Shown: positions 36,537 through 46,236 of the stretch, in pieces
Layout: each line of letters starts with the position of its first letter
Numbering within the stretch: position 1 is the first letter of the stretch
Source: Bacteroidales bacterium
GTDB taxonomy: Bacteria > Bacteroidota > Bacteroidia > Bacteroidales > WCHB1-69
Length of the DNA: 64,000 nucleotides
Direction: 5' to 3'
Assembly: GCA_017962845.1 (NCBI GenBank)
Contig: JAGCUN010000011.1
Location: 65,192-129,191 of the forward strand
Notes under the pieces: generated by a model
The model's database searches: none
The model's input: only the letters and a program-made list of their open reading frames with translations
Told to the model about the DNA's origin: nothing
Made by a program: the position numbers and the translations under genes

Positions 36537-39500
36537 ATGAAAACTGCCATTTTCCTGCTCACCCTGCTCTGCACCCTGCTCACCACTACTCCGCAACTCC
36601 ACGCTCAAGTTGATGAACATCTGTCTAATGAAACTGTAATTGAACCCTCCGACAGTCTTATCATTCAACAATACCGGCAGGTAGAACCCTATTTTCAAGA
36701 GGCGTACAGGCTCTACCCCTCCCTCCCACGAGGCGTTCTCGAAGCCGTTTCCTTCACCTACTCCCGTTTTCATCACCTCCGCCCCGACATGTTCCCTCAT
36801 GAAAAGGGGCAAATCCCCGCTACTTACGGCATGATGGGCCTCACTTTAGACGGGGAGGGATTTTTCCAAAACAATTTGGAGAAAGTGTCTCTGCTGTCGG
36901 GTGTACCCGTGGATAAAATCATTCAGTCACCACGCGACAACATATTGGCATACGCCGCCGCCTACCATAAACTGATGCAACAATATGGCATCACCACCTC
37001 TGACCTGGCCGACCACTTCCCCATATTGGACTCGCTGTCGGAACTTCCCGTACCGACTACTGCCGGACTGAAATGGGCACTTACCAACCAGCACTATGCC
37101 TACGCCCTTTTCATCAATCATCCACTCTACCGACAAGCCTGTCACATAGAGATTCCCAAAGTGGACATTCTGCTGGTTTTTGGCATAGATGCGTCACTTT
37201 TACAATCTAATTCGAATGTTATTAAATACAATCAACAATTTGATAAAGAAAATATTACAGATGAAAATTTTCAAAATCAAAAAAATGTAGAAGTTGACAA
37301 TGTTGATTATCCAGGAGCAATCTGGTGTCCGGCAGGTTCGTGCAACTATTCAAGTCGAAATGGCCATGAAATATCGGCGGTAACTATCCATTACACGCAA
37401 GGCACCTACGCCGGAGCTATCGCATGGTTCCAGAACTGCACCCACAATGGGGTAGGGTCGCGTGTCTCCGCCCACTACGTGCTGCGCTCCATTGATGGAC
37501 AAGTCACGCAGATGGTGCGGGAGTCCGACAAGGCATGGCATGTCGGAAACTGCAACTCTTACACGGTCGGCATCGAACATGAGGCTTACGGCGACATCGC
37601 AAGTTATTTCACAACCGCCATGTATGAGAGTTCCGCCCTGCTCACCCGCAATATCTGCGACCGCAATGGGATCTCTCCACTACGTATGTTCTATCGCGAC
37701 ACGCTGGACGATGGCACCGTGCTCAACTACGGGCTCCACAGTCTGGGTGGTGAGACCTCCTGTATCAAAATCAAAGGCCACCAGCACTTCCCCGACCAGT
37801 CGCACACCGACCCCGGTCCCTATTGGAACTGGAACCGCTATTACAAATTGGTCAACTTCGATACGCCTGTTAATCAGTGCCATGCCGCCACGGGAACGCT
37901 GTATGACTCGGGCGGGCCGGATGGCAACTACGGGAACGACGAACGCCAGGTTGTCACCATCCAGGTGGACAATGCAGAAGCGATAGAACTTGTCTTCTCG
38001 CAATTTGAGTTGGAAGCCAACTACGACTTCCTGTGGATTTACGATGGTGCATCTGTCTTTTCTCCCCTCATCGTGCGTAGCAACACCATTTCACCCGGCA
38101 TGGTACGATCCTCCGGTAATGCTATCACACTCGAGTTCCGCTCCGATTGCGCCACCACCGCCCCGGGCTGGACGGCCACTTGGAACGCCATACTGCCTGC
38201 CGCCCAAGACAATCCCCCTACCACAAACATCCTGCACAACGAAGAGGGTTGGGTGACCAGCAATATTGATGTGGGTTTTGACGACCAAGATGACCACGGT
38301 TTGGCATACCGCTTCTATCAAATAATGGGATATGACGGAACGGCATGGCGAGCACAGACCGACCGGGGCTTCGCCTGCGACAACTTTGATGATTTCAATA
38401 CTGCTCTTTGGACGGTGGGGAGTGGTACCTGGAACGTCTCAAACCACCAACTGACACAAACCAGCACTGCCTCCTCGCAAATCACCGCCCCACTGCATCA
38501 AGGCCTAAGCAATGTCCACCTGTATGATGTTTATACCTCCGTCAGCAACTGCCAATCGGATGGCAAACTGGAAATCGTGTTCAACGCCGACCGCCCCAAT
38601 GTCACCACAGCAGGCACGGCCTACTCGGTGGCGATTTATCCACGGCAACATGAAGTGAAAATAAGGCGATGGGTGAACGGCGACATCGTGACAATGGACA
38701 GTGTACAGGGAATCTATACTACAGAGGGCAACAACTATTTCTATCGCATTTTGTACGACAGAGAACTTGGCAAAATCGCACTGTTCCGAGGCTCATCCCT
38801 GCTTCTTCAATGGCAGGACCCTGTGCCGCTGGCTATTCCCGGACGGTATGTGCAATTCCGAACAGAAGAACTCTCCGCTACTTTCGACAACTGGCGAGTA
38901 TATCGCTCTCGTACGGACCGGGTGCAAGTGCTTGTCGGCTCCGGTGCCCATAACGACCTGCCCTGGCAGGCGGCCAACAACCAGCCACTGGCCAAAATCA
39001 AGTCGGTGGTGGTGGACAATGCCCTGCAATTCTCACCACTGGTACAAAAGGAACTGCTGGTGGACTTTACACGGCCAACGATGACGGGTACCGTAAACGA
39101 TGGCGACCAGCAGGATGTGGATGTGATGCGCACCAATCAGGTGTCGGCCAACTGGCAGGCCGCTACCGACTACAACTCAGGGATAGTGGGTTACGAATAT
39201 GTGATAGGGGCCACTAACTCTACCACGACACCGTTAAAAGTGGGCTTTACCACAGATAACCATTTTGTAGAAAGGTTGAAAATGAGGGATGGAGAACGTT
39301 ATTATACCCAAGTTCGGGCTCTCAATGGGGCAGGAGTGTACTCACTTCCATTACGGTCTGACGGGTTTGTTTACCAGCCTTACAGTCGGACAAGCCGCAC
39401 TGCTCAAAGAAATTGTTCCCTTCCACAGGTCACCATCGCTCCCAATCCCTTCAAAGATGGTTTTGCCCTCACGCTTTCAGAATCCTCTTTGGTGGAAAAA

Positions 39501-39722
39501 ACGGGTGTGCTAACGGGCGACAAGTACAATCATTCTGAAAGAGGAATAGCAGAGGATGCAGAGGTGCGCATTTATGACCTGTGTGGCAAACTCATCATGG
39601 AGAAAAATTTCGATGGAATGAGTGGAGAGATTAGTACAAAAGATTGGTCTTCGGGATTTTACATCCTGCAACTCTGGCGCAACGGGGAAATGATAGCCGT
39701 GGAGAAAATCCTTAAAGAGTGA
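36537..39722 (+). CDS. Large T9SS-sorted peptidoglycan hydrolase: N-acetylmuramoyl-L-alanine amidase (Amidase_2/PGRP fold) with an N-terminal transglycosylase-like region, CUB-like module and FN3-like region
   Basis: Amidase_2 core (VTIHYTQGTYAGAIAWFQN..SAHYVLRS.DGQVTQMV..KAWHVGN..TVGIEHE). SLT-like segment (GVLEAVSFTYSRF..ATYGMMGL). CUB-like segment (GTLYDSGGPDGNYGNDE..FELEANYDFLWIYDG). T9SS domain (IAPNPFKDGFAL..GFYILQLW). The signal peptide starts at ATG 36537. Confidence 0.8.
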   Translation: MKTAIFLLTLLCTLLTTTPQLHAQVDEHLSNETVIEPSDSLIIQQYRQVEPYFQEAYRLYPSLPRGVLEAVSFTYSRFHHLRPDMFPHEKGQIPATYGMMGLTLDGEGFFQNNLEKVSLLSGVPVDKIIQSPRDNILAYAAAYHKLMQQYGITTSDLADHFPILDSLSELPVPTTAGLKWALTNQHYAYALFINHPLYRQACHIEIPKVDILLVFGIDASLLQSNSNVIKYNQQFDKENITDENFQNQKNVEVDNVDYPGAIWCPAGSCNYSSRNGHEISAVTIHYTQGTYAGAIAWFQNCTHNGVGSRVSAHYVLRSIDGQVTQMVRESDKAWHVGNCNSYTVGIEHEAYGDIASYFTTAMYESSALLTRNICDRNGISPLRMFYRDTLDDGTVLNYGLHSLGGETSCIKIKGHQHFPDQSHTDPGPYWNWNRYYKLVNFDTPVNQCHAATGTLYDSGGPDGNYGNDERQVVTIQVDNAEAIELVFSQFELEANYDFLWIYDGASVFSPLIVRSNTISPGMVRSSGNAITLEFRSDCATTAPGWTATWNAILPAAQDNPPTTNILHNEEGWVTSNIDVGFDDQDDHGLAYRFYQIMGYDGTAWRAQTDRGFACDNFDDFNTALWTVGSGTWNVSNHQLTQTSTASSQITAPLHQGLSNVHLYDVYTSVSNCQSDGKLEIVFNADRPNVTTAGTAYSVAIYPRQHEVKIRRWVNGDIVTMDSVQGIYTTEGNNYFYRILYDRELGKIALFRGSSLLLQWQDPVPLAIPGRYVQFRTEELSATFDNWRVYRSRTDRVQVLVGSGAHNDLPWQAANNQPLAKIKSVVVDNALQFSPLVQKELLVDFTRPTMTGTVNDGDQQDVDVMRTNQVSANWQAATDYNSGIVGYEYVIGATNSTTTPLKVGFTTDNHFVERLKMRDGERYYTQVRALNGAGVYSLPLRSDGFVYQPYSRTSRTAQRNCSLPQVTIAPNPFKDGFALTLSESSLVEKTGVLTGDKYNHSERGIAEDAEVRIYDLCGKLIMEKNFDGMSGEISTKDWSSGFYILQLWRNGEMIAVEKILKE

Positions 39723-39747
39723 AGGAGGCAACGCTAATGCCTCCTTC
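39721..39747 (+). terminator. Stem-loop overlapping the stop codon (terminator-like, no U-tract)
   Basis: GAAGGAGGCA-ACGCTAA-TGCCTCCTTC, a perfect 10-bp stem. Confidence 0.5.
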
Positions 39748-39960
39748 ATCTCTTCATCCAATACTCATATCCTCAGATTCCCTCATCTTTTCATCTTTTC
39801 ATCTTTTCATCTCTTCATCTCTTCATCTCTTAATCTCTTAATCCTCCCATCCTCCCATCCTCCCATCCTCATCTCCTCATCTCCTCATCTCACCATCCCT
39901 TCCTCCCTTCATCTTTTCCTCCCTTCATCTAATCCTCTCGTCCCTACTCCTTCTTCCCTT
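39748..39960. repeat. Compound octanucleotide microsatellite (pyrimidine-rich on the plus strand, purine-rich on the minus strand)
   Basis: An 8-nt register is kept over about 20 units: CATCTTTT x3, CATCTCTT x3, AATCTCTT, AATCCTCC, CATCCTCC x2, CATCCTCA, TCTCCTCA x2, and so on. The tract runs into the 3' end of the minus-strand acyltransferase gene (..EEKGKKGKKE*). Confidence 0.9.
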
Positions 39961-40552
39961 TCTTCCCCTTCTCCTCCAACCATTCTGGAAAAGCGTACGG
40001 CTTGTCTTCCAGGTTGAATTTTCCCTTGCGGAACCCGCGCATCCCGTAGTAGTTTTTCTCCAACTCTGCCAAGTCTTTCTCATAATCGCCTGTGGGATAA
40101 AAGGCGGGAAGAACCCCCCCCCGCTTGGTGCGAAAATCGAGGTAGCCTGGCACAATCGGTACCCCAGCTTCCTGCGCGATGAAGTAAAAACCGCGCTTCC
40201 AGTTGCGATTCAGCTTGCGGGTGCCTTCCGGCGACAGCAGAAAGGCAATCTCATCCTGCTTCTTGATAAACTCAGCAGCAAAAACTGGAAACTTCTTCAC
40301 ATTAGCGCGGTCGATGGGAATACCCCCACACTTACGCAACAATGGAGCCAACGGCCAGAAAAAGGCCTCCTTCTTGATGAGCAAAGAAGCCTTGAACCCC
40401 ATCACATTGATGGCCATCGTGCCAATTAAAAAATCATAATAACTGGTGTGAGGTGCAAACAAAAGCACGCATTTCTTGATTTCTGGCGGAATGTTCACAC
40501 AGTCGATTTTGTAGCCTAATAGTTTGAGAATGAAAGCATTGAATTTTCTCAT
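39944..40552 (-). CDS. 1-acyl-sn-glycerol-3-phosphate acyltransferase family protein (PlsC-like)
   Basis: HX4D motif in LLFAPHTSYYDF. 202 aa. Confidence 0.75.
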   Translation of the reverse strand: MRKFNAFILKLLGYKIDCVNIPPEIKKCVLLFAPHTSYYDFLIGTMAINVMGFKASLLIKKEAFFWPLAPLLRKCGGIPIDRANVKKFPVFAAEFIKKQDEIAFLLSPEGTRKLNRNWKRGFYFIAQEAGVPIVPGYLDFRTKRGGVLPAFYPTGDYEKDLAELEKNYYGMRGFRKGKFNLEDKPYAFPEWLEEKGKKGKKE

Positions 40553-40577
40553 ATCGCAGTACCTGAAGGTTAAAAGT

Positions 40578-41489
40578 TTATTCGTTGAAAATCAGAGTGC
40601 CACCACTTCCCATTACCGACAGCGTGGCTTTCGCCCCCAGTTTGAGCGCCACATTGCTGCCCGCATGTCCTACAGGAAATTGGTAGCAAATAGGATACGA
40701 ATATTCCTGACAGCAGGCCGCCACAATCTCCTCTGCCTCCTGGCCAAAAGGATTGGACGGGTCGTTGTTGTGCATGTCGCTCATCGTACCAACCACTAAC
40801 CCAGCCAAATGCGACAATTTTCCAGCACGTTTCAGCGCCTGCATCATGCGGTCCACATGATACAAATGCTCATCCAAATCCTCAATGAAAAGAATCTTTC
40901 CCGTTGTGTCCACATCCGACGAGGAACCCAACAGCGAGTAAAGAATCGACAGATTGCCTCCAACCACTTCTCCTTGCGCTGTTCCGGCCTTGTTTATGCC
41001 AAAATTTGGCACAGTGTAGGCTAGTACACCACCTGTAAGTGCTTGTACCATGGTCCTGTTGTTGATGTTGTCAAAATCAGAAGGTTGAATATTGATGGGC
41101 ATGGTGCAATGCAGGGTGGCATACCCCATCTGGTGGAGGTGCGAGTGGAAGACCGTGATGTCGCTGTAGCCGCAAACCCATTTGGGATGCTGGATAAAAT
41201 GGGAAAAATCGAGCCGGTCGATGATGCGAACCGAACCGTAACCGCCTCGTGCGCACCAAATCGCCTTGATGTCGGGATCATCAAGGAAGGATTGGAAGTC
41301 CGCAGCGCGCTCCTCGTCGCTTCCTGCAAACTGAAACTGTTTGGCAAACAGGTTTTTACCAACTGCCACGCGAAAATGATGCATCTCCAAAAAGTCGATG
41401 GCAGCTTTCACCTCCTTGGGCGAAATTTTACGGGCTGGGGCTACAATACCAATACAGTCTCCGGGGTGCAGGTAGGGTGGAAAAATCAT
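40578..41489 (-). CDS. ldcA: LD-carboxypeptidase (peptidase S66, muramoyltetrapeptide carboxypeptidase)
   Basis: GDCIGIVAPA, ARGGYGS, the nucleophile GYSDIT, and the C-terminal FPVGHAG. The first ATG is 41489; a TTG at 41516 opens the ORF. Confidence 0.85.
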   Translation of the reverse strand: MIFPPYLHPGDCIGIVAPARKISPKEVKAAIDFLEMHHFRVAVGKNLFAKQFQFAGSDEERAADFQSFLDDPDIKAIWCARGGYGSVRIIDRLDFSHFIQHPKWVCGYSDITVFHSHLHQMGYATLHCTMPINIQPSDFDNINNRTMVQALTGGVLAYTVPNFGINKAGTAQGEVVGGNLSILYSLLGSSSDVDTTGKILFIEDLDEHLYHVDRMMQALKRAGKLSHLAGLVVGTMSDMHNNDPSNPFGQEAEEIVAACCQEYSYPICYQFPVGHAGSNVALKLGAKATLSVMGSGGTLIFNE

Positions 41490-41540
41490 TGCGGTTGGTT
41501 GATTTTGAGAATGCAAAAATACACAATTTTTCGGAAAGTA

Positions 41541-44039
41541 TCAAGCATCCACATTCACCACCACACGCACTGCTTTAAAGCGGGCGTGTGTACGGAACTG
41601 CTGAAGCAACTCTTCTAAATGTAACTTTCTGTTATTCAGCTGCTGATCTTTTGGGAATTTGATCCAAATATCTTTCAAATATTGCAACTGTATCTTGGCT
41701 ACAAGCGGAAACTCGGGCCCCAACACCTGTCCAGGAAAATCCGAACGCAGACTATGAACCAGCACATCGGCAGCCTCGTTCAGCAACGCCTCATCGGTGT
41801 GCTTCAACGTGAGTTTGATCAACCTACAAATAGGAGGATAACCAAACTGCTTTCGTTCAGCAATTTGTGAGCGATACATCGAGGCAAAATCATTGCTAAC
41901 CACATACTTGAGGGCCGGATGGTCGGGTTGATAGCTCTGGATCACCACTGTTCCGGGCACCTCTTTCCGTCCCGCACGTCCGCTCACTTGCGACATGATC
42001 TGAAAGGCTCTTTCAAACGCCCGAAAATCTGGGAAGCTGATGAGGTTGTCAGCACTCAGCACTCCCACCACCGACACGCGGTCGAAATCCAAGCCTTTCG
42101 TAACCATCTGTGTTCCAACAAGAATATCTGTCTTGTGCTGCTCAAAATCGGAGATGATTCTTTGGTGGCCGTTTTTCGAACGGGTGGTGTCCATGTCCAT
42201 GCGCTGTACCACCGCATGGGGAAACAATGCTGCCAGTTCATCCTCAATTTTTTCGGTGCCGAACCCCCGCATCTCAACATCGGTGCTGTGGCAGGTAGGA
42301 CACTCCTTGGGCACATCGATGGCGTAACCGCAATAGTGGCATTTCAGTAAGTTGCTGCGTTTGTGGTAAGTTAGCGTCACATCGCAATATTTGCAGGTGG
42401 GTGAGGTCTGGCAGGTGTTGCAAATCATCCGCAGCGAGTATCCCCGCCGGTTTTGAAACAGGATCACCTGCTCCTTCTTTTCTAATGCCGCCGCAATTTT
42501 GTCTATTAAAAAATGTGAAAAAATGCCCGTCACTTTCTTTTGTCGCGCACTCTCCACCATATTTACCACCCAAACCTCCGGCAGAACGCTTTTGGCAAAT
42601 CGTTGCATCAGAGGTACATATCCGTACTTTTTCTGCTGAACATTGTAGAAAGTCTCCAAGGAAGGCGTGGCCGTTCCCAACAACACTTTGGCGTGATGCA
42701 ACTGCGCCAACACCACCGCACAATCTCGGGCATGGTAGCGTGGCGCCGGATCCAGCTGCTTGTACGACTGGTCGTGCTCCTCATCCACCACGATAAGGCC
42801 TAAATTGCTGAATGGTAACAACAAAGCCGACCGTGCGCCCAGCACCAGCTGGTATTTGTCGCCTGAAGCGTGCTCGCTGTTCAGCACGCGCTCCCAAATC
42901 TCCACCCGTTCGTACTCGTTGAACCGCGAGTGATACACTCCGACTTTATCCCCGAAATATTTTCTTAACCGATTGACAATCTGTGAGGTAAGGGCAATCT
43001 CTGGCAACAAATACAACACCTGCTTCCCACTCTTCAACATCTCATCAATCAACTTGATATACATCTCCGTCTTGCCGCTTCCCGTCACGCCGTGCAGCAA
43101 CACACAGGAAAAATGCCCCATCTGTTGTCGAATTTGCGACAAAGCAGTGGTCTGTGCCTCCGAGAACTGGATGCTCTCCGCCGACTCCTGCGCATCGAAA
43201 GTCTGCAAACGACTGATGATGACCTCTTTCATCACCATCACATTCTTCTCAATTAATTTTTGTAAAGAAGATGATGAAACACGCTGATTATCTGTTAATT
43301 CCTTTTTTATGATACTTTGAGAAAAGTCATTGAATATGCCATTTTTTTGCAGAGTGCTCAGAAAAGCCAACAACACTTCCGCCTGTTTGGCCGTCTTTTT
43401 AGAAGCCTCCAGTTCGTTGAGTAGTGCATAGAGTTTTTCTTCATCGTGGGCGTAAGGTTCAGCCAATGAAATGTATGTTTCGCGCTTAGGCCGATAGGGG
43501 TCGTGGATCTCTTCGTCGGTAAGAAGAATTTGTTTCTCTACCAGCGACTTGATATAGGGATGGATTTTCGGAAGTTGCAGATTTTTAGACAATTCGCTGA
43601 TAGTGTTCGTCTTGTAGTGTGCCACTGTTTCCACGATATGAACTTCATGTTCGTTGAGTTCCGACAGGTCTCCGTCGAAATCGGGATGTAGCTGAACGTG
43701 GGTTTCGCCCGCCAGTTTCAGTGCTGACGGCAGGGCGCAGGCCATCACTTCGCCGAGTGTGCAAAGGTAGTAGTCGGCCATCCATTGCCATAGCTGTAGC
43801 TGCTGTTCAGAGATGACGGGCATCTCGTCGATGACATCCGAAATATATTTGATGTTAATGGTTTGTGGTACAATATGATGAACTTTAAGCACCAGTCCCG
43901 AATAGAGTTTGTTTTTGCCGAACGGCACCACCACCCGCACGCCAAACTTCACTCTATCCACCATTGCTTGCGGAATTCGGTAGGTGAATGTGCCTTTCAG
44001 GGGAAGGGGAAGAAGAATGTCGGCAAAAAGCGTTTCCAT
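41541..44039 (-). CDS. priA: Primosomal replication-restart helicase PriA
   Basis: Walker A GVTGSGKTE, DEEH box (VVDEEHD), and a Cys-rich zinc module (CNTCQ..CKYCD..CHYCG..CPTC). Confidence 0.95.
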   Translation of the reverse strand: METLFADILLPLPLKGTFTYRIPQAMVDRVKFGVRVVVPFGKNKLYSGLVLKVHHIVPQTINIKYISDVIDEMPVISEQQLQLWQWMADYYLCTLGEVMACALPSALKLAGETHVQLHPDFDGDLSELNEHEVHIVETVAHYKTNTISELSKNLQLPKIHPYIKSLVEKQILLTDEEIHDPYRPKRETYISLAEPYAHDEEKLYALLNELEASKKTAKQAEVLLAFLSTLQKNGIFNDFSQSIIKKELTDNQRVSSSSLQKLIEKNVMVMKEVIISRLQTFDAQESAESIQFSEAQTTALSQIRQQMGHFSCVLLHGVTGSGKTEMYIKLIDEMLKSGKQVLYLLPEIALTSQIVNRLRKYFGDKVGVYHSRFNEYERVEIWERVLNSEHASGDKYQLVLGARSALLLPFSNLGLIVVDEEHDQSYKQLDPAPRYHARDCAVVLAQLHHAKVLLGTATPSLETFYNVQQKKYGYVPLMQRFAKSVLPEVWVVNMVESARQKKVTGIFSHFLIDKIAAALEKKEQVILFQNRRGYSLRMICNTCQTSPTCKYCDVTLTYHKRSNLLKCHYCGYAIDVPKECPTCHSTDVEMRGFGTEKIEDELAALFPHAVVQRMDMDTTRSKNGHQRIISDFEQHKTDILVGTQMVTKGLDFDRVSVVGVLSADNLISFPDFRAFERAFQIMSQVSGRAGRKEVPGTVVIQSYQPDHPALKYVVSNDFASMYRSQIAERKQFGYPPICRLIKLTLKHTDEALLNEAADVLVHSLRSDFPGQVLGPEFPLVAKIQLQYLKDIWIKFPKDQQLNNRKLHLEELLQQFRTHARFKAVRVVVNVDA

Positions 44040-44048
44040 TTTTGAGGG

Positions 44049-45278
44049 TTAGAAGTTGATCTCTGCAAGAATCTTGTCACAGGAACCGAGGTTTTCCTTC
44101 ACAAAATCGGAACAAATCTGGCAGGTTTTCTGATAAAAGTCTGGTTCAGAGTTGAATCGTTCCATGACATGGCGCATCTCATCGGCATTATGTATTGAAA
44201 AACCGCCTTGGCGACGCACTAGTTCAACTGCCTCGTTGAATTTGGCATATTGGGGGCCAAAAAACACCGGGATGCCAAAAACAGCCGCCTCCAACGTGTT
44301 GTGCAGTCCTGTCTCAAAACCGCCTCCAACCATCGCCACATCCGCATATTTATAAATGCGGCTCAACAGGCCTATAGTGTCGATGATAAAGAGGTTATAC
44401 TCTGCTAAATTTTGGTCACTTCTCTCTGAAAAACAGACAATTTTTTCTTCTTGAAAAAGAGATTTTATACCATTAACATGTTCTTTACTAATGACATGCG
44501 GTGCAAAAACGATTTTATAGTCATTTTTGATGAAGTCATAGATTTGATGTACTACCTTTTCGTCGGGTTGCCAGCTGCTCCCCACGACTAATAGTTTTTT
44601 GTCGCCTTTAAACTGCTCAATAAAATCGAGTTTTTCGTTCTGTTGAGCAATGGCATAAACTCGGTCGAAGCGGGTGTCGCCTGTTAAAGTAACATTTTCT
44701 ATTCCAATATTTTGTAGAAGATGCTGGGATTCTTCATTCTGAACAAAAAAGTGGGTGCAGTCGTGAAGTTGTCGGGCGAACCACTTCCCGTAAGGCTTGA
44801 AAAAGTATTGTGATGGGCGGAAGATGGCGGAGAGATAGTAAAAAGGTATCTTTCTGTCAGTCAGTCCCTTCATAAAATTATACCAATATTCGTACTTGAC
44901 AAAGAAGGCCATCTGTGGCTGTACAATGTCGAGGAACTGTCGTACTCGTTTTGGGGTGTCGCCCGGCAGATAGCAGGCAATGTCAATATCAGCATCATTT
45001 TTCTTTACCTCGTAGCCTGAAGGGGAGAAGAAGGTAACAAGAAAAGTAGCGTTGGGATAGCGTTGTTTCAGCTTCTGTATCAGTGGTTTGCCCTGCTCAT
45101 ACTCACCCAAAGAAGCGGCATGCAACCAGATCACAGACTTTCCGGCACACTTTTCTTTCAGCAGGGGGAATGTGGATTTCCGGCCGCGGTGCAGAAGTCT
45201 TGCTTTTTCATTGAAAAGTGACGCCATCGCGATAGCCGCATTGTAGAGATGGATGGAAAAGGTGTAGAGAAGTCTCAT
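44049..45278 (-). CDS. waaA: 3-deoxy-D-manno-octulosonic acid (Kdo) transferase
   Basis: IWLHAASLGEYEQGKPLIQKL is the WaaA/KdtA N-terminal signature. The C-terminal half has a GT-B fold. The start is set at ATG 45278 (MRLLYTF). Confidence 0.85.
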   Translation of the reverse strand: MRLLYTFSIHLYNAAIAMASLFNEKARLLHRGRKSTFPLLKEKCAGKSVIWLHAASLGEYEQGKPLIQKLKQRYPNATFLVTFFSPSGYEVKKNDADIDIACYLPGDTPKRVRQFLDIVQPQMAFFVKYEYWYNFMKGLTDRKIPFYYLSAIFRPSQYFFKPYGKWFARQLHDCTHFFVQNEESQHLLQNIGIENVTLTGDTRFDRVYAIAQQNEKLDFIEQFKGDKKLLVVGSSWQPDEKVVHQIYDFIKNDYKIVFAPHVISKEHVNGIKSLFQEEKIVCFSERSDQNLAEYNLFIIDTIGLLSRIYKYADVAMVGGGFETGLHNTLEAAVFGIPVFFGPQYAKFNEAVELVRRQGGFSIHNADEMRHVMERFNSEPDFYQKTCQICSDFVKENLGSCDKILAEINF

Positions 45279-45286
45279 GTCGCAGC

Positions 45287-46075
45287 TTAATAGCGGTAGA
45301 GGGTTTGGATTTTGCGTTTTTCGTAAAGTGGTATCACCCAACCAACTTTGGGACCGATGAGCACACTGAACTTCTTTGTCTCATCTTTCCCGCCCAACAC
45401 GATATTGAAGTCGCGGCTGCTTTTGCTCCAGATTTCGGAGACTTCAAAGCCAGCGTAGAAGCTGCACACGCGTCTTTTCTGCATGAAGAGATAACCCACG
45501 AACTGTGTGAGGCAGAAGCCATTGCAGCGTTGGTCGTAGCATTTTCTGTAGGGGTCTGCCAGCTGTGGAATCTGGTCGTCAGGATCGTTGATTCGGATTT
45601 TGTGCTCAAAGTATCCTGCGTTGAGTTTCAGCCAGATACCCGAGTTGCGCCAACGGCTTACGGGGATGATTTTACCCACACCGGCACTGATGTTCCAGTA
45701 GCGCCCTTCGAAGTAGATGGTGGCTTTGAGGCCGTTGCCATCGATGAGGTCGCCATTGGAGGTGAGCATGTCGGGACCCACAACGGCGGCTTGATTGCGC
45801 AATTTGGAACCGAAAAGGTAGTTGAAATCCAAGCTGATAGTCCAGTTTTTGTTGGTCTTGTAGGTGAGATCAACACCGAAATTCATGTTGGATTTGAAAG
45901 TCTCTTTCAAGGATCCGAAAGGCCATTGATAGGCAAAACTGGGGCTGACCCAAATGAAATGGGTGGTAGAATCCACCTCTCCAGCGCGCAACTCAACATC
46001 AGAACCTCGCTGGGCGTGAACGCTGAAGGTGGTGAACGCCAAAAGCAATGCAGTAATCAGTACAATCTTTCTCAT
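45287..46075 (-). CDS. Putative outer-membrane beta-barrel protein
   Basis: Signal peptide MRKIVLITALLLAFTTFSVHAQ, amphipathic strand pattern, and an aromatic C-terminus (..TLYRY). Confidence 0.5.
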   Translation of the reverse strand: MRKIVLITALLLAFTTFSVHAQRGSDVELRAGEVDSTTHFIWVSPSFAYQWPFGSLKETFKSNMNFGVDLTYKTNKNWTISLDFNYLFGSKLRNQAAVVGPDMLTSNGDLIDGNGLKATIYFEGRYWNISAGVGKIIPVSRWRNSGIWLKLNAGYFEHKIRINDPDDQIPQLADPYRKCYDQRCNGFCLTQFVGYLFMQKRRVCSFYAGFEVSEIWSKSSRDFNIVLGGKDETKKFSVLIGPKVGWVIPLYEKRKIQTLYRY

Positions 46076-46094
46076 CTTGTAAAAAAATCGGTTG

Positions 46095-46102
46095 CAAAGG
46101 TA
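46095..46102 (-). promoter_or_regulatory. Bacteroidota -7 promoter box (TAnnTTTG)
   Basis: The minus strand reads TACCTTTG, 20 nt upstream of ATG 46075. Confidence 0.5.
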
Positions 46103-46174
46103 CGTGTTTTTATTGAAAAAAGAACTCTCTCAATAAAATTTCAGAAAGGTCATGGAAAATCCAAAAAAATAGTG

Positions 46175-46182
46175 TATTTTTG
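46175..46182 (+). promoter_or_regulatory. Bacteroidota -7 promoter box (TAnnTTTG)
   Basis: TATTTTTG lies about 55 nt upstream of ATG 46237. Confidence 0.45.
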
Positions 46183-46236
46183 CATACTTTCGTAAAAAAT
46201 AAATTACTCTAAAAATCAATAGGTTAGGATTAGAAA

